DNA of 64,000 nucleotides from Octopus sinensis (GCF_006345805.1 NC_043010.1:56730001-56794000), one strand, 5' to 3'; positions 1 through 11,841 are shown, numbered from the stretch's first letter. Notes: generated from the letters alone by a model not told the origin. Numbers and translations are program-made.

Positions 1-1351
1 TACCTGAACTAGAGGAGAAGTTCCATGTATGGAAGCAAGGTCTAGAATCAAAGGGCCTTAGAGTTAACCTTGCAAAAACCAAAGTCTTAGTAAGTAGGAA
101 GGCAGAAAAATCGGTAGATGGCCCTGCTCGATCTGTAGAAACTCTATAAGATGTACCCAGTGTAAGCTTTGGACACACAAAAGGTGCAGCAACATCAAAA
201 GATGGTTAACAGGAAAACTAACTTTTGTATGTGGAAGGTGCATGGGTACAATAAAAGCTGAAAATGCACAGAAAATAAAATCCATCAACTGGCAGAGGTG
301 CAAGCCAGAGGTAGTAGATAGCTTTCAGTATCTAGGTGACCAGTTTAATAGTGGAGGTGGATGCTCTGAGAGCGTAGCCGTGAGAATAAGATTAAGCTGG
401 GCAAAGTTCAGAAAGCTCCTACCCCTGCTGGCAACAAAGGGCCTCTCTCTCAGAGTGAAAGGTAGATTGTTTGATGCCTGTGTGCAAATAGCTATGCTGC
501 ATGGCAGTAAAACATGGGCTATAACAGCCGAGGACATGCACAGGCTTGAGAGAAATGAAGCCAGTATGCTTCGCTGGATGTGCAATGTCAGTGTGCATGT
601 TTGACAAAGTGTAAGCATCTTGAGAGAAAAGTTAGGCATAAGAGGCATCATATGTGGTGTGCAAGAGAGACGACTGCGCTGGTATGGACATATGATGTGT
701 ATGGACAAGGACAGCTGTGTAAAGAATTGCTGATTTCTAACTGTGGAAGAATCTGTGGTAGAGGTAGACCCAGGAAGACATGGGATGAAGTGGTGAAGCA
801 TGATCTTCGAACTTTGAACTTCACAGAAGCAATGACTAGTGACTGAGAACTTTGGGGATGTGCTTGAGAGGACCCATCAGGCCAAATGCATCCATGTTGG
901 TGGCACATAAAGTATCAACTTCTGAAATTGGGCCTCATGAAGGCAAAATGGCTGAGTTCCTTTTGAGTATTAGGCTTCATGGAGGCAAAGTGGTTGAGTT
1001 CCCTTCTTGTGTAGGACCTCATGGAGGCAAGGTGGCTGAGAAGAAGACCTATCAAACCTAGCAAAATTGCAGTCATAGCAAATACTAGTATCACACAAAT
1101 TGGCACCCATGCTGGTGGCATGTAAACGCACCCCGGCATCATACAAATGTCACCTGTTCCAGTGGCACGTAAAAGTGCCCATTACACTCTCGGAGTGGTG
1201 TGCATTAGGAGGAGCATCCAGCCATAGAAAACCATGTCAAATCAGATTGGAGTCTGGTGCAGCCTTCCAGCGTGCCAGCCCAATCAAACCTTCCAACCCA
1301 TTCCAGCATGGACAACAGACCTTAAATGATGATGATGATGATGATAATGAT
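1..1351 (+). mobile_element. RTE-clade LINE fragment (RT C-terminal half with PHD insert, 3' UTR, (GAT)n tail); decayed
   Basis: Translates to LEEKFHVWKQGLESKGLRVNLAKTKVL ... FQYLGD ... ESVAVRIRLSWAKFRKLLPLL ... GRGRPRKTWDEVVKHDL with stops and frameshifts. Ends in the family tail ...cttaaatgatgatgat at 1321-1351. Confidence 0.9.
920..1050 (+). repeat. Three tandem ~41-42 bp units inside the RTE 3' UTR
   Basis: ggcctcatgaaggcaaaatggctgagttcc / ggcttcatggaggcaaagtggttgagttcc / gacctcatggaggcaaggtggctgag. Confidence 0.8.
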
Positions 1352-1761
1352 TTAAATGTAATTTGTACTGTACTTTTTCTTGGAGAGCATCCAAAAAGAA
1401 ACATTTTGATACCTCATTTGTGAAATTTGGATGAATATTTTAGGAGATATGACAATTTGAATGGTTAGTGAATCAGTCAAAATCTTGCTTAATTAGCCTA
1501 AATGAATAATTAGCCACATTTGTGATGTCATATTTTTGAAACTGAGGTGATAATCATCTTCAAACTACACAAACTAATAGTAACCATGGTATAGCATTTA
1601 CCTATTTTTATCAGGTTTTCGAAAGAAAACAGTTTTTGGCAATTTTTAAAATATTTATGTAAAGCTTATTTTGTTACATTACAAACAGTCAATTTTGCAG
1701 TGTTTTCAGACCTAGTTAAATCCCAAACCACAAGGACTTGAGTTTTGGCATTTGTAGTAGC

Positions 1762-2612
1762 TATGACAGATGCCCAAAAGAAACCGGAATTTTGCAATGT
1801 TATTTTATTCACTTAGTTTTACATGTTTACACTTTTATCGTCTTCAAAGTATTCTCTATTTGAAGCAATGCATTGGTTCAGACATGTTTTCCACTGTTCA
1901 AAGCAGTGCTGGAACTCTTGTGAAGTAATACATTTTAACGCTTCTGTCATTTTATTCTTCACCTCTTCCATATCTGCAAATTTCAAAGTGCCAGCTTTCA
2001 TCACTGTTCTTTCAGTTCATGACATGCATTCAGTTGTGACTGCTTATGATCTTCCTTGAGAAAGTGAGGCTCAGATTTTGCTGCAACTCTTTTCATTTTT
2101 GCAATTCCTCACTCAAAATTTGTTGGTAGGAGCTCCAGGACAAACTAATCATATCAACAAGTTCATCAGATGTTCAGTGACAGTTTTCCAAGATCAGTTC
2201 ATGAATTTAATGATGTTTTCATTTGTTCAGGAGGTCGACGGTTGATCTTCAAGCAACAAGTGACCATTCCTAAAGCATGTGAACCACTCTTAAACTTGTG
2301 TCTTGCTCATAGCAGCATCCACATAAGCTGTTTGAAGCATGACAGTTGTTTTGATTGCTGTTTTTCCCAGCAGAAAACAGAATTTTATAGAAGCACATCA
2401 TTCCTTTATTTCAGCCATCGTGAAAATTGACAAACAGGGAAGTACCGCAAAACAAAGATGTACCACATAGCAGTACAACTTCATTCGATACTGCTTGTTG
2501 GCATACTGATGCCTGAGGATTGCATCAAGTGGCTTCTAGTGGCAGAAGCCTGAACTACAAAGGGCTTGTCCCACAGAGAATGTTTCCGGTTACTTTTGGG
2601 TATCCCTTGTAT
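1762..2612 (-). mobile_element. Internally deleted mariner transposon
   Basis: Imperfect TIRs (gatgcccaaaagaaaccggaa at ~1769-1789, ttccggttacttttgggtatc at ~2584-2604). Minus strand encodes an N-terminal ASIKFCFLLGKTAIKTTVMLQTAY HTH region and the C-terminal EEVKNKMTEALKCI..CFEQWK..CIASNREYFE; no catalytic core seen. Confidence 0.8.
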
Positions 2613-3239
2613 ACAACTAAATAAATCTTCATATTTTGGGACACCATTTCATTAAAATTTTAATAAACTATCAATAATGGCTATAAATGGCAGAGTTTTG
2701 GATCAGGATGCCCACATAAGTTAGATTTTTCTCTATTTTGATGGAAATTTTTCCATTTTTTTTGCATCATTCTTGGAAATGATGGAGATAAGCTTGTCTT
2801 GAAAAAAATTTTTTTTTAATTTATGATTTTTCTCCCACCTACCCACCTTCCAATCCGACTTCCTCTAGACCTATTTTGGCCAATTTTTGGCACTACACAC
2901 TTAAAAACTATGGGAGAAGCTTTTTTGGTGAAAAAAGAAAAAAGTTTTGAAAGTATTTTCAAATGAAAAGGTGTGTAATTTAAGGGAGATTTAGCTGTTG
3001 TTTCAAATAAAGCAGCAGTAAGTACTGTGGTCAATGTAATCAACTGTTTCCCTTCCTCCAAACTTCTAGCATTCTATCCTTTTAGGAGCAATTATTAATT
3101 TATCTTATGCTGATGTTAATAACAATTATTAGGTCATTTCCTCCCAGCATTGAGTACTCATTTTTTTCAGTTGTTATAATTAATATATCTATATCTATCT
3201 ATCTTGTTCTTCCTTCCTTCTTCTCTTCTGTCTTTCCTT

Positions 3240-3400
3240 TATCATCATCATTATTTAATGCTCATTTTCCATGCTGGCATGAGTTGGAAGATTTGACAAA
3301 ATTTGATGAGCCAAAGGACCATGTATTTCAGTTTTGTCATGTTTTCTATAGCTGGATGTTCTTCCTAATGCCAACCCCTCTACATGGCACCAGCACTAGC
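3240..3400 (-). mobile_element. Tail-only copy of the RTE-type 3' end
   Basis: atcatcatcattatttaatgctcattttccatgctggcat...ctggatgttcttcctaatgccaacc matches the reverse complement of the RTE terminal 150 bp. Confidence 0.75.
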
Positions 3401-3479
3401 AAGGCTGCTTTGAAACATGTAAAAAAAAAAAAACACAAAAGAAAGAAGGCCTAAAAAGAGCCCCTATAACAGAAAAAAT

Positions 3480-3550
3480 AGAAGAGGGTTCAATGATTCT
3501 AGTTGGGATGATAAGGAGAGTAGATTTGTGGTTGTGAGAAGGTAGTGGTG

Positions 3551-3640
<90 letters not shown>

Positions 3641-3985
3641 AGTATTTGGGAAGGGAGTATTGAAGGAAAATGGGAAAGAGAAGGAATTACTGTGAAGGGT
3701 TAGAGAAAAAAGGAGAGAGACAGTGGTTAGAGTGTGTAGGTGGGTTCTGCATAGCAGTGTCAGGGCTATCCCAGACAAGGATGAGTATGGGTTGAAAGTG
3801 AATGTAAAAGAGAAATAGATGAGAGTGGCAAGGATCTGGAAAGAGTTATTGAAGGAGAGATGTGGGGGTTATGGAGGTAGAGTAGAAAGGGAGGGATGAG
3901 AGGGTGTTGAGGAGATGGAGAAGCTGTGAGGAGAGGACAGTGAGAAAAAATAAGTTTGTAGGAGGAAGTGAGTGAGTGCAGCAAA
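3480..3985 (-). mobile_element. Very decayed LINE 3' ORF fragment (probably same family as 36200-37075), interrupted by (GA)n at ~3555-3637
   Basis: Minus-strand remnants resembling the post-RT region (HSNSFSFP..NTPFP, cf. HxNSFFPRT..LWNxLP); many stops. Confidence 0.35.
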
Positions 3986-4099
3986 AATGATAGAGGTTGG
4001 AGGGTGCCTTAGAAATTCACTCACAAGGTATTCATCTACATGAATGCCTAGAATGTTGTATAGTTGTGACTGAATCTGGAACTGTGTGATTGTGAAGTA

Positions 4100-4155
4100 T
4101 ATTCTTTTCTACTCTAGGCACAAAGACTGAAATTTTGGGGGAGGGGGCCAGGCAA
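4100..4155 (-). mobile_element. 3' fragment of tRNA-derived SINE family B
   Basis: tattctttttactctaggcacaaagactgaaattttggggagggggcca is the reverse complement of the SINE end at 51535-51577. Confidence 0.7.
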
Positions 4156-4160
4156 TTAGA

Positions 4161-5657
4161 TTGGCAGAATCACTACCAGAACTAGAGAAGAAATTTCAGG
4201 TGTGGAAGCAAGGTTTAGAGTCGAAAGGCCTTAGAGTAAATCTAGCAAAGACCAAAGTTCTAGTAAGTAGGAAGGCAAACACATCACACACCCCCTCAGG
4301 TAGGTGGCCCTGCTCGATCTGTAGAAAAGGTATAGGTAGAAACTCCATAAGATGTACCCAGTTTAAACTATTGTCACATAAGAGGTGCAGAAACATCAAA
4401 GGAAGATTAACCAAGAAGATAGCTTTTGTGTGCAGCAGATGCACAGGGGCAATAGACACCACAGATGCTCAGAAAACAGATTCCATCACACTCCAGGGGA
4501 AGAAACTTGAAATAGTTGATAGCTTCCGCTACCTAGGTAACCAAGTTAGTAGCGGGGGTGGATGCTCAGAGAGTGTTACCACTAGAATAAGAATAGCCTG
4601 GGCGAAGTTTAGAAAACTTCTACCCTACTGGTTACAAAGGGCCTCTCGCTCAGAGTGAAAACTAGATTGTACGATGCATGTGTGCTTCACGGCAGTGCAA
4701 CATGAGCCATGATTGTGGAGGACATCCGTAGGCTTGAAAGAAATGAAGCTAACATGATCCGCTGGTTATGTAATGTCAGTGTGCACACACAACAGAGTAT
4801 AAGCGCCCTGAGAGAAATTTTGGACATAAGAAGCATCGGATGTAATGTGCAAGAGAGACGTTTGTGCTGGTATGGTCATGTACTATAGATGGGTGAGGAG
4901 AGCTGAGTGAAGTGCCACTCCCAAATAGTTGAAGGAATCCAGGGTTGAGGTAGACCCAGGAAGACATGGGATGAGGTGGTGAAGCATGACCTTTGAATGT
5001 TGGGCCTCACAGAGGAAATGATGAAAGACAGATCTCTGGAGATATGCTGTGACTTCGAAGACCTGGCAAATAAAGTGAGTTCATGGTTGTATCCTACACT
5101 GGTTTCACATAACCAGCCCCACCCCATTCAAAAGTACCTTGGATTATAGTGCGACCTGCTGTGCTTGAGGAGACCTATTGAGTTGAGTACATCAACATCA
5201 AAATGAAAATCAAATGGAAATTTTAGTTTTGACACCTGTGCTGGTGGCACATAAAAAGCACCATCTGAACGTGGCCAATGTCACTGGCTTTCGTGCCGGT
5301 GGCATGTAAAAAGGACCAACTGATCATGGCTGTTGTCAGCCTCCTCTGGCCCATGTGCTGGTGGCACATAAAAAGCACCATCTGAACGTGGCCAATGTCA
5401 CTGGCTTCCGTGCCGGTGGCATGTAAAAAGGACCAACTGATCATGGCTGTTGTCAGCCTCCTCTGGCCCATGTGCTGGTGGCACATAAAAAGCACCCACT
5501 ACATTCATGGTGTGGTTGGTGTTAGGAAGGGCATCCAGCTGAAGAAACACTGCCAGATCAGACTGGAGTCTGGTGCAGCCTCCTGGCTTCCCAAACCCCA
5601 GTCGAACCATCCAACCCTTGCTAGCATGGAAAACAGACGTTAAACGATGATGATGAT
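4161..5657 (+). mobile_element. 5'-truncated RTE LINE (RT C-terminal half, PHD insert, repeat-containing 3' UTR, (GAT)n tail)
   Basis: ORF 4161-4658: ESLPELEKKFQVWKQGLESKGLRVNLAKTKVL..CSICRKGIGRNSIRCTQ..HKRC..CSRC..DSFRYLG; tail aaacgatgatgatgat abuts (TA)n. Confidence 0.92.
5238..5495 (+). repeat. 117-bp tandem repeat (2 full units plus a partial third) in the RTE 3' UTR
   Basis: Units start at 5238, 5355 and 5472; the two full units differ by one substitution; each unit holds two copies of the core gtgcyggtggcayrtaaaaagsacc. Confidence 0.9.
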
Positions 5658-5680
5658 ATATATATATATATATATATATA

Positions 5681-6353
5681 GGAAAAATAGAAGTTGAAAA
5701 TGCACTGAGAATAATTAAAATATTTATTATTATTATAATATTTAATGCTTTAACCGGTTTCACAATTTACACTGATTGTCAAACAGTTCAAATAGAAAGA
5801 CATGGCTTATGTTGCAGTCGTCTTGCTTCTGACTTGTGTTTGAAGCTTGCCATATTTCTATAGGGAGTTCATGGCTCAAATTAGTAAATGTTTTGAATAG
5901 GATTTGATTGGTGGAGGATAGTCACATGAAACATACAAAAGGTTATAAACTGAATCATGTGTTCATTCTCTACAAACAGTTGACAGAAAACATTCAGAGC
6001 ATTGATTGTTAGGATATTTTCAGTCAACCGAGTCAGCCTTAACTTACCACACAAAACATTGTCACTTGATACTAACACATGGATGTAGCGGGAACCTGCA
6101 AAACTTTCTAAGACCAGTCATGTGACCAATCAAATCCTATTCAAAACATTTACTAATTTGAGCCATGAACTCCCTATAGAAATATGGCAAGCTTCAAACA
6201 CAAGTCAGAAGCAAGACGACTGCAACATAAGCCATGTCTTTCTATTTGAACTGTTTGACAATCAGTGTAAATTGTGAAACCGGTTAAAGCATTAAATATT
6301 ATAATAATAATAAATATTTTAATTATTCTCAGTGCATTTTCAACTATTTTTCC
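5681..6353. mobile_element. MITE / fold-back element with ~230-bp terminal inverted repeats, flanked by TA
   Basis: 5681-5912 is the reverse complement of 6125-6353 except for one 3-nt indel; non-coding ~210-bp spacer; tata on both flanks. Confidence 0.9.
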
Positions 6354-6403
6354 TATATTTCTACCTGTGTGAAATGAAATAACTTTCTTTTCTATATATA
6401 TAT

Positions 6404-7609
6404 GTCAACCTAGCTAAAACCAAAGTCCTAATAAGTAAGAAGGCAGACAAACCACAAATCCCGATCTGTAGAAAAGGCATAGGTAGAAACTCTATAAGAT
6501 GTACCCAGTGTAAGCTATGGACACATAAGAGGTGCAGTAATATCAAAGGAAGGCTAACTGGGAAGATAGTTTTCGTATGTGGCAGATGCTCAGGAGCAAT
6601 AAACACTGAAAATGTGCAGAGAACAACTTCTGCCACATTCCAGGGAGAAAAACTAGAAGTAGTTGATAGCTTCCGTTACCTAGGTGACCAAATCAGTAAT
6701 GGGAGAGTGTGCACTGAAAGTGTAGCTGCTTGAATAAGAATAGCCTGGGCAAAGTTCAGAGAGCTCTTACCTCTGCTGGTGACAAAAGGCCTCTCGCTCA
6801 GAGTAAAAGGTAGACTGTATGACGCATGTGTACGAACAGCCATGCTACATGGCAGTGAAACATGGGCTGTGACTGCTGTGTTCATGCGTAAGCTTGCAAG
6901 AGTGAAGCCAGTATGATCCGCTGGGTGTGTAATGTCAGTGTGCATACTTGACAGAGTGTAAGTACCTTGGGAGAAAAGTTGGACATAAGAAGCATCAGAT
7001 GTGGTGTGCAAGAGAGATGACTGCGCTGGTATGGTCATGTGGTGAAAATGGATGAGGATAGCTGTGTGAAAAAGTGCCACACCCTAGCAGTTGAGGGAAC
7101 CTGTGGAAGAGGTAGACCCAGGAAGACCTAGGATGAGGTGGTGAAGCACGACCTTCGAACATTAGGCCTCACTGAGGCAATGACTAGTGACCAGACCTTT
7201 GGAAATATGCTGTGCTTGAGAAAACCTGGCAAGCTAAGGGAGACCATAATCCGTGGCCTATGACAGGGGGTGTAACCAGCCCACTTATGCATAACTTTCC
7301 TCCATTGGAAACTAAACTCTGCTTGTGAAGATCTTTTGAGGCTGGACTGGCTCCTGTGCAGGTGGTACGTAAAAAACACTATTTGAGCGTGGCCGTTGCC
7401 AGTACCACCTGACTGGCCCTCATGCTGGTGGCACGTAAAAGCACCCACTACACTCTTGGAGTGGTTGGCGTTAGGAAGGGCATCCAGCTGTAGAAATTCT
7501 GCCAGATCAGATTGGAGCCTGGTGCAGCCATCTGGTTCGCCAAACCTCAGTCAAATCGTCCAACCCATGCCAGCATGGAAAGTGGACGTTAAATGATGAT
7601 GATGATGAT
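6404..7609 (+). mobile_element. 5'-truncated RTE LINE
   Basis: Starts at gtcaacctagctaaaaccaaagtc (VNLAKTKV) right after (TA)n; PHD segment, FRYLGD, GRGRPRKT, 3' UTR and (GAT)n tail present. Confidence 0.9.
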
Positions 7610-7613
7610 ATGT

Positions 7614-7645
<32 letters not shown>

Positions 7646-7675
7646 GTATGTGTGTATATATATTATTAGTTAATA

Positions 7676-7910
7676 AATTGTATGGCATACACGTGGTAGT
7701 GTACCAGTAAAGCATGTTCACTGTCACAGTGTTTGTTTGGTATTTGATTAATGAGAGAAACAGAAGATGGAAGATAAGAGAAAGTTTATTGATCACTACA
7801 ATTGTTTTGACCCATCTAGCATTAATCCCTCATGGGTGGGATACTGAACATCTGGTTTAGGTGGATCCATTGGTGTAGATGTATCTTCTTGGGTGATTAC
7901 AAGATGTACC
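7676..7910 (-). mobile_element. Penelope-like element end (pLTR-type) with hammerhead-like motif
   Basis: Minus strand: cagtatcccac-ccatgag-ggattaatgctagatgggtc-aaaac-aatt-gta-gtgatc-aataaa; homologous to both arms of 8805-9065. Penelope assignment rests on motif layout only. Confidence 0.5.
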
Positions 7911-7959
7911 TTGTTAAAATAACTTCTGATCCGCAAGATTTCTTCTCAGTATGTGTATA

Positions 7960-8265
7960 GAAAAGCAGCAAATTGAGGGATACAGCTTCATTATTATGGA
8001 AGGTCAATAACAAATATCAGATGCTAAAAGAAAGAAATGCGCAATACAGCACAAAAAGTATGAGATATAACCATTAGTAATGGTTCTGGATGAGCCTACC
8101 TTAAAACAGGAAACACAGATGAGGGCAGCAGCATCAGACTCCCTCATTCCCCAAGTGCCACCTGTTAGAAGAGGTTTCAAATAATGAAGGTGTAACAAAG
8201 TCAATAATGGTGCCCCAGCATAACTGCAGCCATTGATCTGAAACTGGTTGAAGAGTTAAAGACTA
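7960..8265 (+). mobile_element. CR1/L2-group LINE 3' end
   Basis: VLDEPTLKQETQMRAAASDSLI-like ORF end followed by tail ggtgccccagcataactgcagcc...ctgaaac; homologous to 14130-14690. Confidence 0.55.
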
Positions 8266-8390
8266 TATATGTCCATACGCGCGCGCACACACACACACAC
8301 ACATCCATATAACATTCACTTGTTTAAGTCATTATACTGTGGCTGCCTTAAAGACTTTTTAGTCAAATATATAAATATATAATAAATAGA

Positions 8391-8790
8391 GGAGTGGCCG
8401 TGTGGTAAGTAGCTTGCTTATCAACCACATGGTTCCGGGTTCAGCCCCACTGCATGGCATCTTGGGCAAGTGTCTCCCACTATAGCCTCGGGCCGACCAA
8501 AGCCTTGTGAGTGGATTTGGTAGACGGAAACTGAAAGAAGCCCATTGTATATATGTGTATATATGTGTGTATGTTTGTGTGTCTGTATTTGTCCCCCTAG
8601 CATTGCTTGACAACCAATGCTGGTGTGTTTATGTCCCCGTCACTTAGCGGTTCGGCAAAAAGAGACCGATAGAATAAGTACTAGGCTTACAAAGAATAAG
8701 TCCCGGGGTCGATTTGCTTGACTAAAGGCGGTGCTCCAGCATGGCTGCAGTCAAATGACTGAAACAAGTAAAAGAGTAAAAAAGAGTACT
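8391..8790 (+). mobile_element. Full-length tRNA-derived SINE, family A
   Basis: A-box-like tggccgtgtggt (8395-8406), B-box-like ggttcagcccc (8438-8448), central cttgggcaagtgtct domain, internal (TG/TA)n, tail ggcggtgctccagcatggctgcagtcaaatgactgaaacaagtaaaagag. Confidence 0.9.
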
Positions 8791-8804
8791 AAAAGAGATA
8801 ATAA

Positions 8805-9065
8805 AATGTATGGTATACACCTGGTAGCTCACTTTCACATTAATGAGAAAGATGGAAGATGGAAGATACGAGAATGTTTATTGGTCACTACAATTGTTTC
8901 GATGCCTCGCAGGTGGAATACCAAACAACTGGATACACCAGCAGATACTCCTAAACCAGTTGTTCAGTATCCTACCCATGAGGGATCGATACTAGATGGG
9001 TCGAAACGATTGTCGTGATCAATACACATTCTTGTACCTTCCATCTGCCATCTCTTTCATTAATC
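8805..9065. mobile_element. Inverted pair of Penelope-like ends (arms 8839-8932 and 8956-9064)
   Basis: attaatgagaaagatggaagat...caattgtttcga...aacaactgg is the reverse complement of ccagttgtt...tcgaaacgattgtc...ccatctctttcattaat at roughly 80% identity. Confidence 0.6.
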
Positions 9066-9078
9066 ATATATATATATA

Positions 9079-9355
9079 TTTCATCATCATCATCATCATC
9101 ATTGTCGTTTAATGTCTGCTTTCCGTGCTGGCATGGGTTGGATTTGGCAAGGTTTCTGCAGCTGGATGCCTTTCCTAATGCCAACCACACTGAGCATGTA
9201 GTGGATACTTTTACATGCTTCTGGCACAAGAACCAGTCGGGTGGCACTGGCATTGCCCACACTAAAAAATGGTACTTTTTACATACCACCAGCACAGTTG
9301 CCAATCAGGCAGTACTGGCATCAGTCACGCTCAAATGGTAATTTTTATGAGCCAC
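9079..9355 (-). mobile_element. RTE 3' UTR/tail fragment
   Basis: (CAT)n tail next to (TA)n; ctggatgcctttcctaatgccaaccac and ggtactttttacataccaccagcac units. Confidence 0.85.
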
Positions 9356-9359
9356 CAGA

Positions 9360-10432
9360 ACCTTCTTCAGATTTGAAGTTTTTTACTTGCAAAAAGTTGT
9401 CTAATGCCTGAAAAACGTGATAGTCAGTTGGTGCAAGGTCTGGTGAATATGATGGATGATGGAGTACTTTCAACTTCAGTTCCTGTAACTTGAGTAGGAT
9501 TCTTTGTGTAACATGTGGTCAATGTAACATGTTGTGCAAGAGAATTAGCCTGTCTCTGTTGACCAGTCTTGGTTGTTTGATTGCAAGTTTACTCATCATT
9601 TCAACCAATTGGTTGATGTATACATCTGCTGTAATTGATTTACCAGTTCTCATGAAGCTGTAGTGGATGACACCAGTGCTGGACAACCAAACAGACACCG
9701 TTAGTTCTTTTGGTGAATATTCTTTTTTAGGTTGTGTTTTGTCACTTTGTCTCTATCCAACCACTGTGCAGGATGCTTGCTATTGTTGAAAAGAATCCAT
9801 TTTTCATCACATGTAACAATACAATGCAAAAATGGTTTGCTTTTATGCCATGTCAGCAAAAAACAGCAAGTTTCAAGATGCTCATTTAATTCATGTGGTA
9901 CCCACTTGTCCAGCTTCTTTACCTTGCTGATTTGTTTCAGATGGTTCAATACAGTTGGAATCAAAACCTCAAACCTTGTTGCTAACTCACGCCTGGTTTG
10001 AGATGTATCTGGTTCCACTACAGTTTCCAGCTCGTCATTATCCACCTTGGTTTCAGGTCTACCATGGAGCTGGTTCCCAAGAGTAAAGTCACCAGACTGG
10101 ACTTTCTCAAACCATCGACGTACAGTCTGCTCATTTGCCACATCTTCACCAAACGCCTCATTGATGTTTCGAGTTGTCTGGGATGCATTGCTTCCACAAC
10201 AGAATTCATATTCATAAACAAAATGAATATTTTATCTGTCCATTAGTTCACAAAAAATGATTTACAAGAGAAAACTCACAATATAATCAGACACAATGAA
10301 TTTGCATTTCAGAAAATGATGATGTAACTCTTCAATGTTCTAAAACAAAGAATTTGTCAGGATAAAATATTAGAGTTAATGACTGTCAAACTTGGTGCAT
10401 AATCAGACATTTCATTCTTAATGACTGGATAG
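9360..10432 (-). mobile_element. Mariner transposase pseudogene, 3'-truncated
   Basis: ORF 9701-10141 (VRRWFEKVQSGDFTL..GRP..IVTCDEKWILF) and downstream VLHHPSYSPDLAPTDYHVFQALDNFL (YSPDL motif); frameshifts. Confidence 0.9.
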
Positions 10433-10518
10433 AAGACACTTGCTCAAGTTGCTGTGCAGTGGGACTGAACCCAGAGCCATGTGGTTAGCAAACAAGCTTC
10501 TTACCACACTATCATGCC
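10425..10518 (-). mobile_element. SINE family A head fragment
   Basis: agaagacacttgctcaag..gtgggactgaaccc..agcttcttaccacac is the reverse complement of the 8391 head. Confidence 0.8.
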
Positions 10519-11841
10519 AGGGGTTCATCAAAGATCAGTCTTCAGCCCCCTCTTGTCCATCATAATCCTCCAGGCAATAACAGGAATTTAAAATGGGCAG
10601 CCCCTGGGCGCTCCTCTATGCTGATGATCTTGTATTCTCATAATTGAATCATTACCAGAACGAGAGAAGAAATTTCAGGTATGGAAGCAAAGTTTAGAAT
10701 CAAAGGGCTTTAGAATAAATCTAGCAAAACTCAAAGTCTTAGTATGTCGGAAAGCAGACAAATCACAAATCCCTTCAGGTAGATGACCCTGCTCCATCTG
10801 TAGAAACGACATCAATAGAAACTCCATAAGATATACCCAGTGTAAGGCTATGGACACATAAGAAGTGCAGCAATACCAGAAGAAGGTTAACAGGGAGAAA
10901 AGTTTTTGTATGGAAGGTGCACAGGTACAATAAACACTACAAATGTGTGGAGAATAGACTGCATCAAATGCCAGTGGGGAAGCTAGAAGTAGTTGATAGC
11001 TTCCATTATCTAGGTGAGCAAGTCAGTTGTGGAGGTGGATACTCCGAGAGTGTAGCTGCTATAACAGGAATAGGCTGGGCAAAGTTCAGAGAGCTCTTAC
11101 CTCTGCTATCAACAAAGAGCTTCTCCCTCAGAATGAAAGGCATACTGTTTGATGCCTGTGTGTGAACAGCTATGCTACATGGCGGTGACCACTGAGGACA
11201 TGCATAGGCTTGAAAGAAATGATGATAATATGCTTTGCTAGATGTGCACTGACAGTATGACATGTATGACATAGTGTTAGCATCTTCAGAGAAAAGTTAG
11301 GCGTAAGAGGCATCAGATGTGGTGTGCAAGAGGGATGGCTGCATTGGTATGGTCATGTGATGCATATGGACGAGGGCGGCTGTGTAAAGAAGTGCCAATC
11401 TCTAACTGTGGAAGGAACCTATGGAAAAGGTAAACCGAGGAAGACATGGGATGAGGTGATGAAGCATGCTCTTTGAATGTGGGGCCTCATGGAAGTGATG
11501 ACAAGTGACCATGATCTCTGGTGATGTGCTATGTGTGAGAAGACTCACCAGGCCAAGTGAAATCATAGTTGTGGTTGATGCTGTGAATTGTCATGATCAT
11601 TGCCAGTGCCATTTAAATGACACCTGTGCATCATAATCATGGTTATTGCTGGTGCCATGTAAATGGCACCCATGAATCATAGTTGTGGCCGCTGCTGGTG
11701 CCATAACACTCCTGGAGTGGTTGGCATTAGGAAAGGCATCTGGCTGTATAAACAATATCAAATCAAACTGCAATCTGGTGTAGCTCTCCAGTTCAACTGT
11801 CTAACCTATGACAGCATGGAGAGTGAATGTTAAATGATGAT
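10519..11841 (+). mobile_element. 5'-truncated RTE LINE
   Basis: Starts at the QGSVLSPLLF-like motif; PWALLYADDL; PHD segment; FHYLGE; 3' UTR units; taaatgatgat tail. Confidence 0.9.

Noticed and set aside
8391-8460. tRNA-like sequence with A and B boxes
   Set aside because: It is the head of a multi-copy SINE with no complete cloverleaf; the same applies at 15076, 17936 and 51373.
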